Positions 24,801 to 38,085 of a stretch of 60,000 bases of DNA are shown piece by piece. Positions within the stretch are counted from its first letter, which is position 1. Each line of letters begins with the position of its first letter. The position numbers were made by a program, and so were the translations under genes. The notes under the pieces are model-generated. The model searched no databases and was not told the origin of the DNA. It saw only the letters and a list, made by a program, of their open reading frames with translations. Source of the DNA: Laetmonice hystrix (lineage: Eukaryota); NCBI GenBank assembly GCA_965235115.1, contig OZ249436.1, positions 13,580,001 to 13,640,000 of the forward strand. The letters run 5' to 3'.

Positions 24801-27284
24801 ATAAGATCTGTGACGTGCGATTTTTTTGAAGTTGGTCAACTTTCAACTTTTCCCTTGCCTGACGTGGAGATGCGACGGTAATCATGTCAGAGCGCGAAAA
24901 TAAATCTCGTATGAAAGATATAATCACTTGCATGTGTCTGGTGGGCATAACTTCTCTCCTCACAGCAGTGAGAAGTACATGTAGTTGTAGAATCGTTTCA
25001 CGCTATAGTATTCTATTGGTGCCATCTATACCTTGGTCATGGTAAGATACTTTATTCGTTACAAGTTAACAAGGGACTAATATCAACAGGATCGAAGGCA
25101 TTGCTTAGTTATTTTAAGTTTTAAATGCCAAAAGGATGTGGAGAAGTACGAGGTTGTCGTTGAACCTTAAACAGCCGCTGAGATATCTCCACCCACTAAA
25201 CACAAACATTGGACTAATTGACTGGGTGAACGGATGCATCACATCAAATACATTCTCGGGTCCAGATCGAACTCCAACTCGGCTTCCTTTATAATCTTCT
25301 ATTTTAAAAAAACGAGTCGGTTTGCCCCAGTGAACCAATTCCCCGTCTAATGAAAGAGGCTGGATTGTGTTCATTGAGGCGCCTGGTCGGCAGGGGTGAT
25401 CTTTGGGAGCATCCCGGGACACTACAGGGGTCGTGTTATCTTCTCAACGAATCGTTTCAGTGCGAGGAAAGCCCACGGCACAAAGCGGGGCTCGGAGAGG
25501 ATGTGTTTGCCGTGTACACTTACGTGCACTCCACTCGTGGACCGACGTGCAGGGTGAAGATGAACGTTTTAATGCCGCAAACCTCTAAAGAGCTGGAATC
25601 TAGGTCAGCAAATCTAAACGTGGTCATTGAATGCTTGGTTGGGTTATGTTTATGACGATTTGCCGTGTGACCAACGCCCATATGGAAGACGGCTCGTCAG
25701 CTATACGAGTAGTATTTTGAAAGGGTTAAAGAAGCATACATAGTATAGGCACTAAATCGAGTGGAAAAGTTAGCCCGTTGGAATCGACTTGGAAACTTCT
25801 GATAGCAAATATAATTATTGTAACAAAATGGTCCCACACCATACAACCATTCATAACAGCAGGAAAACATCTTTTTGATTTAAACAGCAGAACGCCCCCG
25901 CATGTAGACAACACGAAAGTTTATAGCTATGAATAGGTAAAAAAGAGATTTTCACAACTTTGGTGATTAATGTTTGGAGAGGTCGGCATGAAACATCATG
26001 TCTGTTATACTGGTAGAGTTTGAAGTGTTGGCATAGCCCGTATATTTGTTACACATAGGTGGGCAGGAGTCAGGAAGGAGAGTAAAAGTCTATTTGTTTC
26101 CTGGCCTGCCGCAGACAATTCACTCTGCGTTCCATGTACACACCACAAATATATCTCACTTGTTTACGGAGTTGAATTCGTGATATTTAAATGTTGGTCT
26201 GGTCTATGGCAGGTCTGCTAGGTTGGTATACGAAACACGCCTGAACCAAAAGGGAGGGGGATGTTTTAATTTTTGTGCGCCTCCTTCATCAACCATTTTG
26301 CGCTCCCGCCGCAAATGTTAAAAATTACTTTTATTAACACTATCGTGTGGAGGGGAACAGCGAGAGTCGTTCTAAATGACACCAAAATATTCTATCAAAA
26401 TTTAACATAGAATATTAATTTTCAGGCGTGGTGGATTGAAGCAACCTGCGCCTTCCTGGCCTGGAGGCCATACCCTTCCACTGCTATCGGCATCAAAGAT
26501 TTGGTTCCCGATTTTCCGTCTTTCTTTCGGCCTATTGCTAAGACTAGATTGAAGAGTTCTTGTTCTGATATATTAACAGAAATACCCATCGGAGAGACGA
26601 CTCAGGCCATCTTCACGCCTGTTACCCCATCCCCCTTAGGGTTAAATGTCCCGGAACCACGTGCACATTCGTCTTGAGAGTCTGTTACTTGGCGCCAATT
26701 TATATGGTGAACCAACTGCCAGCTGCTATAGGTGGTCATGAATTGGTCTTGTGTGACAGTGCCAAGTTTTCTGTCCGATCGCCAGCTCCAATTGGTATCT
26801 AGCATCCGGGGCATATGCTTGGCGCGCCTATAGGCTACATGTGGACATGGAGTATTTATAAAATCAGGGTAGGGCCAGAATTTTGAGGGGGCGGTATGAC
26901 GTATTTTGAACAGCAGCCGTGACCTAAATCAACACAATATAATTAGGTTACCTATTATTGGCAATCAAGGGGTGGGCCTGGCCCAACCTCCCAAGTGACG
27001 TGAGTTGTTTTGTCTATATAGGAAAACCATATTATAAACCTATTATAATAGTGTAGGCCTACTTGAGGGGGCGCACATTTCGGGGGAAGATGTGGCACAT
27101 TATATTAGGCCTATGTGGACAAATGCCATGAAAATGCTACAAAACAGGCCCACCGTGCCGTGTTGTCCTTTTCAAAGTTTAAGACGATGTGAGGCCAAAG
27201 AATGGAAGTGCGCTCACCCGACTGGTTCAGACATCCGGAGAGTGAAGAAAATCGTGTGCCCATAACGATTGGTCAAAGCGGCAG

Positions 27285-29129
27285 TTGGGACGGCAAACAC
27301 ACGCGGCCAGGCTGACAATTTCCGATGGAGAGGAACTCGGTGCAAAGTCCGCTTACATGTGCTCTAGACCGGAAACTAACGTCGCGATTCAAACTAAGTC
27401 AGGGAAAATCTTTTTCCCCTTCTTGGCAAGGAATGTGAAGGCGCAAGGGGGACAAATCGGTTTTGTTAAAAAAAGGCGAACTAATAAAAGGTTTCGTCTG
27501 GAAGGAAGCTTGCAAAGGCAAATGGAAGGTTGCTTTGTTAGCAAGAGTGTACGTTTTAGAACGGGGATAATGGTCGAACGAACGTTAGGCACGTGTGTTC
27601 CACTTAGAAAAACAGCAAACGAGACTAGAACCACCCAGTCCACGGGTAAACTACCATCTTTAGACGTCACCGGCAAGGATTCCCAGTCCACGAGTAGACC
27701 ACCATCTTCAGACGTCACCGGCAAGGATTCCCAGTCCACGAGTAAACCACTCTCTTCAGACTACACCGGGAAGGATTCCCAGTCCACGAGTAGACCACCA
27801 TCTTCAGACGTCACCGGCAAGGATTCCCAGTCCACGAGTAGACCACCATCTTCAGACGTCACCGGCAAGGATTCCCAGTCCACGAGTAGACCACCATCTT
27901 TAGGCCTCACCGGCAAGGATTCCCAGTCCACGAGTAGACCACCATCTTCAGACGTCACCGGCAAGGATTCCCAGTCCACGAGTAAACCACCATCTTCAGA
28001 CGTCACCGGCAAGGATTCCCAGTCCACGAGTAAACCACCATCTTCAGACCTCACCGGCAAAGATTCCCAGTCCACGAGTAGACCACCATCTTCAGCCTTC
28101 ACCGGCAAGGATTCCCAGTCCACGAGTAGACCACCATCTTCAGACCTCACCGGCAAGGATTCCCAGTCCACGAGTAGACCACCATCTTCAGCCTTCACCG
28201 GCAAGGATTCCCAGTCCACGAGTAGACCACCATCTTCAGACGTCACCGGCAAGGATTCCCAGTCCACGAGTAAACCACTCTCTTCAGACTACACCGGGAA
28301 GGATTCCCAGTCCACGAGTAGACCACCATCTTCAGACGTCACCGGCAAGGATTCCCAGTCCACGAGTAGACCACCATCTTCAGACGTCACCGGCAAGGAT
28401 TCCCAGTCCATGAGTAGACCACTTTCTTCAGACCTCACCGGCAAGGATTCCCAGTCCACGAGTAGACCACCATCTTCAGACGTCACCGGCAAGGATTCCC
28501 AGTCCACGAGTAGACCACCATCTTCAGACGTCACCGGCAAGGATTCCCAGTCCACGAGTAGACCACCATCTTCAGACGTCACCGGCAAGGATTCCCAGTC
28601 CACGAGTAGACCACCATCTTCAGACGTCACCGGCAAGGATTCCCAGTCCACGAGTAGACCACCATCTTCAGACGTCACCGGCAAGGATTCCCAGTCCACG
28701 AGTAGACCACCATCTTCAGACGTCACCGGCAAGGATTCCCAGTCCACGAGTAAACCACTCTCTTCAGACTACACCGGGAAGGATTCCCAGTCCACGAGTA
28801 AACCACTCTCTTCAGACTACATCGGGAAGGATTCCCAGTCCACGAGTAGACCACCATCTTCAGACGTCACCGGCAAGGATTCCCAGTCCACGAGTAGACC
28901 ACCATCTTCAGACGTCACCGGCAAGGATTCCCAGTCCACGAGTAAACCACCATCTTCAGACCTCACCGGCAAGGATTCCCAGTCCACGAGTAGACCACCA
29001 TCTTCAGACCTCACCGGCAAGGATTCCCAGTCCACGAGTAGACCACCATCTTCAGACGTCACCGGCAAGCATTCCCAGTCCATGAGTAAACCACCATCTT
29101 CAGACCTCACCGGCAAAATCTGGACCTGA
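27285..29129 (+). CDS. Hypothetical Ser/Thr/Pro-rich repeat ORF (614 codons, ~31 x SQSTSRPPSSDVTGKD); coding status unproven
   Basis: Stop-free frame through the whole array, TGA just after it and AATAAA at 29246-29251. The annotated start is TTG and no domain is recognisable. Confidence 0.25.
   Translation: MGRQTHAARLTISDGEELGAKSAYMCSRPETNVAIQTKSGKIFFPFLARNVKAQGGQIGFVKKRRTNKRFRLEGSLQRQMEGCFVSKSVRFRTGIMVERTLGTCVPLRKTANETRTTQSTGKLPSLDVTGKDSQSTSRPPSSDVTGKDSQSTSKPLSSDYTGKDSQSTSRPPSSDVTGKDSQSTSRPPSSDVTGKDSQSTSRPPSLGLTGKDSQSTSRPPSSDVTGKDSQSTSKPPSSDVTGKDSQSTSKPPSSDLTGKDSQSTSRPPSSAFTGKDSQSTSRPPSSDLTGKDSQSTSRPPSSAFTGKDSQSTSRPPSSDVTGKDSQSTSKPLSSDYTGKDSQSTSRPPSSDVTGKDSQSTSRPPSSDVTGKDSQSMSRPLSSDLTGKDSQSTSRPPSSDVTGKDSQSTSRPPSSDVTGKDSQSTSRPPSSDVTGKDSQSTSRPPSSDVTGKDSQSTSRPPSSDVTGKDSQSTSRPPSSDVTGKDSQSTSKPLSSDYTGKDSQSTSKPLSSDYIGKDSQSTSRPPSSDVTGKDSQSTSRPPSSDVTGKDSQSTSKPPSSDLTGKDSQSTSRPPSSDLTGKDSQSTSRPPSSDVTGKHSQSMSKPPSSDLTGKIWT
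27634..29116. repeat. 48-bp tandem minisatellite (~31 copies)
   Basis: Unit cccagtccacgagtagaccaccatcttcagacgtcaccggcaaggatt; substitutions only, no indels. Confidence 0.97.
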
Positions 29130-32100
29130 TACCAAGGACCAAAAGCTCATATCGCTTAGATACAGTTACAGACCACTTTTTGTAAAGTGTTTCGCAAACG
29201 TATGCCTGTACTTCATGAACACGGAACCGTGATATCTTGGGGATGAATAAAGAATAACTCAGACATGAGCCCATTACTTGATGCTGATGTCTATCGGTTT
29301 GTTACAAAGAGTAACAGTTGTCGCGGTTTTTTTTACTAGAATTAACAAATATAAAATATGAGAAAGGTACCGTGGAAATCACGTCTGGGTCCCTCTAGTA
29401 ATATCTGATTTCTCTCACACCGTGCACGTAATGAAAGTAACCATGCACAATTTGACGGTGATGCTGCGTTTATCGGAATAAGACATCTTCCAGACGAACA
29501 CCATAGAATATTATTTGAAATTGCCGCTCAGAACAGATGAGATTAGAGGTTTAGAAGGCGTCAGCGTGTTTCCTGCTCGTCTAGCTCGCTCCAATGCCAA
29601 GTGGCCCACGGGAGGATTGCCTATGGTTGTTGGTTGAATCGGCGCTGAGCGGGATTTGTGGGTGTGCCTCAGGCTGAATAACGAAGACGGCGGTAGGAAA
29701 ATCTAGTGGTCGCGCAGATGTCACTTTCATTTAATCTATTGGAGAAATCTCGTTGTCGCCCTTATAAATGCACCCAAATAAAATGCGATTAAGGCACATA
29801 GAAGGTGTTGTAGTGCTCGTCACGTTGGAAGGTGAACGTGCCCGGACGTGGAAGAGTACGTGATGTCTGTACGTCAATTATGTGTTCGAAAGGGATGAGT
29901 AATTGTTTGAATATTAAAAAATAATATTATTTTAAATCTCATTATCTTCCAATTTGGCGAGGTTCCTGATTGATTCGGTTCGATTAAAGGCATATGGTAT
30001 AGAAAAACATTTACTAGAACTAATTTTTGGCAGTGAGGCATTTATTCCACCATTGCGTTGTCTGTAGTAAATCCAATAATTATAGAGAAATTCGATGTCG
30101 TCATTATAATATTATTATTATTTAAACCACCTCAAAGTTCCTGTACGTTTGCTATGTTGGTGATATATGACTTCTATTTCTGGTTTTGGAAGACGACACG
30201 TACATGGTAGAACAACTTCTATACATCTCCCTGACCCCTGTAGATGTTGGCGTTAATGTAATTTCAAGGGTGAAAGCAGGGAGTAGCGCACTTGGTGCGC
30301 CCTCCAGCCAAACCCATACATCTAGCAGGGATTGTTTTATTTCCGTGTTCGGTGGTAATTGTTGCACAGCAACTGCTTTAGACCAGCCGTCTAGCAATAG
30401 GCCTCTTAGCTTTATGAAGCTTTAGACGTTTTGGCTTAAATGATAAAAGTCTTAACCTCACAAATCAGACGTTACTTTTAGGGGAAATTGTGTGAAGATT
30501 ATAATTTTTTTAGACAGATGGTTGCAAACGGTGGTTCCATTTTTAAAAAGGTCGTGTTTTTGGCGAAGATATCATAGTTGCAAAACCAACCGTATTGTTG
30601 TGACTTGGCATGAGAACTAACAACCGTCTACTCTTTTAAATAAATACCAAGTGTCATACCAAATTTTATAATCACAAAGATGCTGTCTCGGGCGATCAGT
30701 CATTTTAGCTGAAGCATACTATTACAACGGCTTTATCAGCAATGGTATTTATCACCCTCACAGTTACCATGTCAGTCCTGTCAACTGATCATCATACAGT
30801 GATTCGCATACCTCGTTCACGCGATCTTTTTCATCACTCCCTCCGAGAGGCCGGTAATTACGTTGACTTACCGTTCTGTGTCAGATCTTAGTGACATGCC
30901 GCTGTCTCCCAATGAACGATGGTGTGGCGGTTCGCATCGCAATGAAGATGTTAGTTAGACATAAACGGACGGGTCTGATGCAGGTACGTGCCCTGATCAA
31001 TGATCATTTCGGGAAGTCGGGTTGACAAATGGTACATGCACCGGGTAATCCGACCGGATGTGTGACGGATTTCAAGTAGGGGCCAGACCACAGCACATAA
31101 TACATGTATGTATGATGACGTGTCATAAAAACTCTTCCTTTCCGTGGAACTTTCTTTTTCTGTCAGAAAGACTAAAGGCGTCCTGATATACTATGAAGGT
31201 CACCTCAAGGCGTTAGAATGTTTCTCCAGACATGCAGCAACTGCGCTGGAAAACCTCTTTCATCACGTCCATTGATAATGCAAGGATGTTTTCTCCGAAC
31301 AGATGCTGTTTTATATCTTTTCTCAGCCAGCCTTATTCTAACACCCCCATCAGAGGCCTAAAGATCTGCATTATATCCATAGGTACAGATTTTAAAAGTC
31401 TTTGGGATAAATGGGAGGCCTATTGCCTGGATTTTCTCCATTTTGCATATAGATAAATCAAGCTTGAAGGTGGCGTGGTGTCAAACGTCATGCAGTGCTC
31501 TCTGCCGTGGCAGAAAATTAATAGGTTACCATGGCATAGGTCATAAAGGAGAAGTGGCATAAAACTACCTATCTGATTGCATTGTAGACGCAGCGAGCAC
31601 TTATACTGTGCCAAGGTCTATACGGGGCATTGCCCGGCTGAAACGATGATGCCAATAGTCTGAGCTCTATGACCGTTTCAACAGACTTGGCTGGGCACTT
31701 CCAGGCCTGACTATAGTTCAGATGTCGCCAGCACTGTCAAGCTGGTCACTCGGCAATGAAAAGAGAAAGGATACGAGGCGCCATTTGTAATGGATTACTA
31801 GGTGTCTTCACGCTTGTCGCCATTGTGGCGCTTCCGTCCGCCTAAACGGTTCGGACATTAAAGTGGAAATCGCCGAATGTGATGATTATCGCGCATCTTT
31901 TCTACCACGCTGTCCCATTGTAATTGTCGGCAGAATTTTCGGGTGGTGCAGGCGAATGGAGAATCACAATCGCGCCCATCAGAGCACTCTCTCGGTCAGG
32001 CATAAGCTCGTGTGACATAAGTCCTTTCAGTGGGTGTAATTAACGCAGCTTACCGCAGCGTTTGCCCGCCTTAAAACAGATTCAGCATTGACAAGACGTA

Positions 32101-34354
32101 CGGAACATCATTGGTGAAATGACAGATGGCAAACAACTGGGTGACTGTCGTTTGTGCCCCATGCGTCACTGTCAACAAACAAGATGATGAACAGACATGG
32201 GAAGGAGATAACGGGTATCTACGTGACGTGTGAGCTTGCGCTCAGTCATGCACTCTTTATCTGCTCACTAAATGAGCAGCAAAAAGAGGAGTTCATACTT
32301 TTCGTTTGAAATCCCTGGGAAGAGCATCCGGTGTGCTATAGCGTGTCCCGCCACCAGGTTTACGTGCAGACCTGATGACTTCGCACAAAACGCCCGCCTC
32401 TGATAGATCTATGACATGTTATTTTTGCTGAATGAAGGCCTAAAAAAGAAGAAAATGCCCAAAAGGAAGAACGGAAATAACGAAAATTGAGCAACTCGAC
32501 ATATTGTATTTGAATGTGCATGGATTGGCCTGTTTCGTTTTCCAACATTTTGAGATTAGTGTATACACTTTCCGTGATGTCATCGTGACACGAGACAGTG
32601 CAGGATCCGCATCCTTTGCTGTGCAAGGTGTGTTCATTTAATTATTTAATTACGAATAGTCAGGTGCTCAAACGAGGTAAAGATATCGTAGAACCAGAAT
32701 CGACGCACTAACTATCGATAGGTGAGATTCAGGACATCACTTGAGAGAAACAGCATAGGACTATACGGCGGAGCGCTGCATGTGTTCTGCCAGCCGAGCG
32801 ACCTTCGCCTGGCAACGCCCAGTCTCCAGTCAGTCGTGCTCTATACCAGATGGTGCACGCATTGTCTCGTACGTGTGTGTGAGTCTGCGAGACTTTGCGG
32901 GGAGGCGAAGCACCCGATCACATAAGCGATTGGTCTGGTGCAACAATCAAGCGTAGTCCGACCAGGCATTATCACGGGAAATTCCAACGCTACGCCCATT
33001 TATTATGAAAATCATAATAAACAATTCCGATATCAACTCTGGCAAAGCCGCTCTTCGGTATAAGATAAAACGAGCGTAGGCGGTGGTTGCTCGGCCTTGA
33101 TTCTTCAATAATTGGATGTCTATTCAACCTGAGAGAGTCATGAAGTTCAATCACTACCTCTTTGATCATACATTTATTTCAAAGGACATGTCATGTCCCT
33201 ACTTTTAGACCAAATCAAATGAAACTCTGGCAAAGAAGTTGAATTCAAGGTCGAGATGGGCGTCTCAATGAATATCGTTACAGGACGGGACCGACTCTCA
33301 AAAGAACTTGATTGTTTCACGTATATTTATTGGCAGGGATATGTCGTATTTGAGAAGGCGCCATGCCAAGAGAATTCCAATCTCATTGAATGTTCGTGTG
33401 ACAACGGAAGCAGCCAAGATTTGGCAAGTTCGGCCTACTTCACCGCTGCGTCTGACATCGCAAGCCTGCAGGGAATCGACTGACGCGATACTCAGGACGT
33501 CCTGTATCCTACAGTAGGCCTATATCATGTATAACCCTCTTAGATGAATAGGACTGTAGTGTAGGCACACCAACATTTTATTGTCTTCATATGTCTAGTG
33601 TTGCTAATCAATGTCAGGGTATAGAAGTATATAGGTACTGGCCACCGCAGCCAGACAGTGGATCGCTCTAGTGATGCACACACACGCAGCCTATAGAGCA
33701 GGGTGGCTTCAGTAGCGAGCCGTCGGTCCTAACCGTGAAATCACAAGCTTGGTGGAGTCAGGGCCCACCCTGAAGGTGCTAGTAGCCTCTCACCTGTTGT
33801 CGGGACCCAAGGCCTGCACGGTGGACGGAAAAGTTCCCACGTTGTTCTGCTGCACCAAGGATTGGAATGGACAAAGAAAGTTTCTAGACTCCTCGTGATG
33901 ACTGATTCGGTTGTATGCTATCGGTGATCCTCTGATCGATGCCAGGGTTCAAGGAGACAAACTCGCAGGCTGGGCTAGCAGTTTCGGTTACAACATAGAA
34001 ACATACTTCTTCTATAGTTCGGCACCGTGAAACCTAAGGAAGGCCGACGGACAAGGTAAGCACGGAATACTCGCCGAGATGGCATACAAATGACCTGGGA
34101 ATAAGTATGTATGCACGTGCATGATTATTGATATCATACACGAATGCATGTAGAGAGAAACCAATGCGTTTCTTGACGGTCATAATATACAGAACACAAC
34201 TTGAACTAGATAAAAGATAGCCATGCAGTTGTGCAGGTACTGCATGGCTCCAATAATTATTTTGTATTTCATGGAATAATTGGTCTATTCAAGCATGAAG
34301 CGAAACGACATATATGTTTTATGACGTGTAAAGGTCAGTTTGAAAACGTTCTTG

Positions 34355-34530
34355 GTGCCTGTCACTAATGTTAGTATCTCCATGGTAATTACCTCAGGGT
34401 AGTAGGCCTGCTGTGCCTGTCACTAATGTTAGTATCTCCATGGTAATTACCTCAGGGTAGTAGGCCTGCTGTGCCTGTCACTAATGTTAGTATCTCCATG
34501 GTAATTACCTCAATGTAGTAGGACTGCTGT
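34355..34530. repeat. 58-bp tandem repeat x3
   Basis: Unit gtgcctgtcactaatgttagtatctccatggtaattacctcagggtagtaggcctgct at 34355, 34413 and 34471. Confidence 0.93.
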
Positions 34531-37500
34531 GTCTTAGAAGAGCGTCACCCTGGCTTAGTGGCGCATTTATCCTCTATTTATAAAAGACTTTGCATAAGAG
34601 CATTTCTAGACCGGGCTGCCCGACAGCATTGCATTGTATTTACGAATGTTTATGGAAGAGCGAAGTATGATGTGGGTAGATTGTTATGGTAATATCTCAT
34701 GATGACGTCACCAGTTGCTGCTAGTGACATCTGCTAGGGTGTTATGTGTTATGAGCATTTTAAAGGGATGATTATGAGCTTTCGAGTAAGTTTGAACGCT
34801 CCAAACCGATGACACTAGATGTTGCAGTGATCGTCACTTTGTGTACATGTGTTTTGGGCATCAAGCAAGGATATCATATAAGTATACTGCCTAAATGTGG
34901 CTGTCCTCGTAATCATGGCTATCGAACACCTTAAAAATCGCATTATGTTAACGTCTGATGTTTTCGACATGACTTGATATAATCAGACACACATAGTCAA
35001 GAATGAGCACACCAGATCTGGTCACGTTGTGCGACAAAATCTAGAGGTCGATTTGAGTCAGCTAAAGTTGCAGCTGTCAGGGATTAGCATTATTCGATGT
35101 AAACCGATGATCTCCTGTACCAGACGCGCCCCCCACAGCCTCATCAAAAACTGTATAGTTCCGGAGACGCCAAACACTCACATACAGTCGAAATATATAC
35201 ATTTATTTCGATTTAGAATACTTCGCAGCTGTCCATAGACAAAAAGGGTGTTGTTATTGGTAAAACATTCTCATGGTTGCCATAGTGATGACCAGTCACA
35301 ATGGAAGTGTCCTGTCAGTAGTATATAAAAAGGAGTGTGTACACGAGTCAGCTGTGGCTCTCTACCCTGGCGGCAACTTATAGACCGGTTTTAATGGGGA
35401 AATAAATGAATACATTCTTTATAAGTAGGCCATTCATTCCGGGATAGGACATTGTGGTGTCCCATATAAAGTGATGGTGGCGATGGTGGTGAAGTAACAG
35501 GACAACATCTTGCTTTAGTAAAGAATGATTGCAGCAGCTGCTGTAGGCGTGCGGACTATACCCAGTCCACCCATCTCAACCCGATCAGAGATCTTTCTCA
35601 TGATGTTTCTGTTCGCTAAGTCCTTCACGAACCAAGTCCTACAGGTAATCACCAAGCGATTAGCCGTTTACAAACTCCAGGTACAAAGTAAAGATTCGCC
35701 TACTATTTCATTCTCATTCACAATTGAATGGTAAAACTCCATATTGTCCTTATTCTTCCAAGGCTGACCTATATCGATAATACAACCACGTGTTATAACG
35801 ACCGTTTCATCAGCTCAGAACTAAACATAGCAAGAATATATAGGCCATACTTTTGAGTAAATACAGCCGTGTAGCACACAGTGGTGAGCGTGCTTGTATT
35901 GGTCGGCGGAGGCCAGGACACCACGTTTTATATTGTATTTTTTTTTATTCAGCTCTGCCTGAGAGATGGTAGACCAGCATCTGTGTGGTTATGATTGCCG
36001 CCTGCCGATGTGACCTGTCAGTCACTGGGGCTCATCAGTGCCGTCAGTGCTGTAAGTCCCGTCCAATCGGAGTGCTGTCTGAGGCCGCGTGGATAATTAT
36101 TGGTCGCCGCGTGCCCAGCATAGCCGGGCAATACTGTTCCTTACATCAGAACGATATGTCTCTTACTCAGTCGCCTCGCCTTATGGTTGCCGTCATATAG
36201 TCGCTATATGACCAAGGCGCCTTGATCGTGGTGGAGACAGAGGTTTAAGGATGGGTAGTTTACATGATTGGTCGGTTATACCAAGTGTACTCAGTGACAC
36301 GATCAACCCCCGCTGGGACTCCCTCAAGTCCCCTCTATGTGGTGTATCGGAGTCCGCCTTAGTTCTGGCCGACGACCAACGAGTGTCTTGACATCCCTTC
36401 AATATCCATCAATTATTGAGCCCATGAATGGCATGACAACGCGTATTTTTCTTGTCATCTTACTTTCATTGCTTGCATGACACTGTAAAATTATTGTCTT
36501 GTCTCTGGCCTATACGGCTTGTACTTCATCACCCTGAAGTCAAATTCTGTTTTTGTAAAGATCCTTTCATTTTTAAAACCTTTTTGAGGGTATTTGGACG
36601 AGGAAAAACAAACACTTAGGCCTATGTGCATATAGCGAAGAACTCATGATTAAGTATGATCATCGAATTATTGTTATTTATGCATGCGGAGTCAGATTCT
36701 ATGTTCAATCAATGAATCGATATACGCTCTTCGAAAAAAAACCATAATGAAATGCAACCTTCATGTAGTTTTCCCAACGAACAGAATCGTTGTTTCAAAA
36801 TGGAGAATTGAACATAAATGTTTGATGGGAGGTGTCTTGACAACCACCATTCCCTTCTCCATTGTCGACAAGTCTGGCATTCCTCTCTATAACGAGGAAC
36901 TTCGCTTTCCAATAACGGAATCCTCCCACATAGCGGGGGGATTGTCGTTAGATCAGCCAAATCATGCGAAGAATATATATAAGCGAGAGAGAGAGGAGGA
37001 GGAGAAAAAACTCTCGGACTCTCCGAAAAAAAAAAACACAATGAAAGACAGATCCTCCCTTTAAAAAACGGGTGTGCTTCAGCCGGCCATGGGGCTAGAC
37101 ACATCGTGCAAACCGTTGGCGTGTTCGATGATTGTACATAAATGCTGCATCGACTACGCGTGGGAGTTTAACTATGCCAATATGTTTGATGTTAGGAGGG
37201 GTGGTGACCGGTCATTCTTTCTCCTTTGCGGTACACCGGAAGGTCAATCAGAATTGAAGTAGGCCAGACACATTGGCCTTAGCAAAGCAAAGTATTCCCT
37301 TCTCTGGTTTTGAGAGGACGGTTGTTATAGGGTACATTGGGAGTTGAAATATTAATTTGGCGCTGGTTCAAGATATGTTACAGTATAGATTTGAAAAAAT
37401 AGTCCGAACGGTGGAATACCAACATCCTTCAATATTTATAATGATATCCATATCTTTATAAGGTGATCAACTCGCCAGGATAGATTATGGAAATAGTAAC

Positions 37501-37859
37501 ATTTCTGTTACAAAGAAAAAAACAAGAGAAGTTTGTCCTAGAATTGTTTTGAAAATTATATTGGTGACATCTTGTAGGTTAGCCTAATCAATGTATCGTC
37601 GTCACGGCGGCGAATCGAGTCAAAATATACTAGGGAGTGGTGAAATAGAATTCCAATAATGATAATGCAAATTGTATGTACAATAATTACTATTGATATA
37701 ATATGATGTTAGCATTCAAAATCCATGCAGTAACCTAGAACGTAGATATACTATCCCACCGTCGATAATTTCAACCTTACCGGGTATAGAGGAAAGTCGA
37801 CTATGAGAGGATCACGCGACGTTATCTTGGCTGTCCCACACTCTGTCTTGCACGACAGA

Positions 37860-38085
37860 AAGAATAGTATGGCACACCAACACGGCAGAGGCTCAACCCT
37901 TCCTGTTAATGACCCAGTTGTCAATCAGCAGATCTCTAGAGAGACTCACTGGCTGCACAGTCCAGACTGTAAGACACGGAAGCTGGAGATACCAATCAGT
38001 TTCTCCAAAGTCGAAAAGAGTTATCCACCTTTCAATCATTTGTCCCTGACAGTTGTAATAAATGTGTCCAGTGCTAACCACATGT
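37860..38085 (-). mobile_element. Decayed Ty3/Gypsy-like integrase fragment
   Basis: QGQMIERWITL..TDWYLQLPCL, then in a shifted frame TTG....GR...LP, resembles the integrase core C-terminal half (GMxERxNxTL..DWDxxLPxL..TTGxSP..GR..LP). Confidence 0.4.

Noticed and set aside
27634..29116. Hammerhead ribozyme on the minus strand of the 48-bp array (CTGAAGA in each unit)
   Set aside because: No correctly placed GAAA box, stem II register or NUH site.
33699..33773. tRNA-like fold (cagggtgg/ccaccctg stem)
   Set aside because: No TTC T-loop or B box and no 7-nt anticodon loop.
34759..37064. 2.3-kb TTAA-flanked element (ttaaagggatgatt ... gatcctccctttaa)
   Set aside because: Only a short imperfect terminal match, no second copy and no internal support; such ends are common here and may belong to different insertions.
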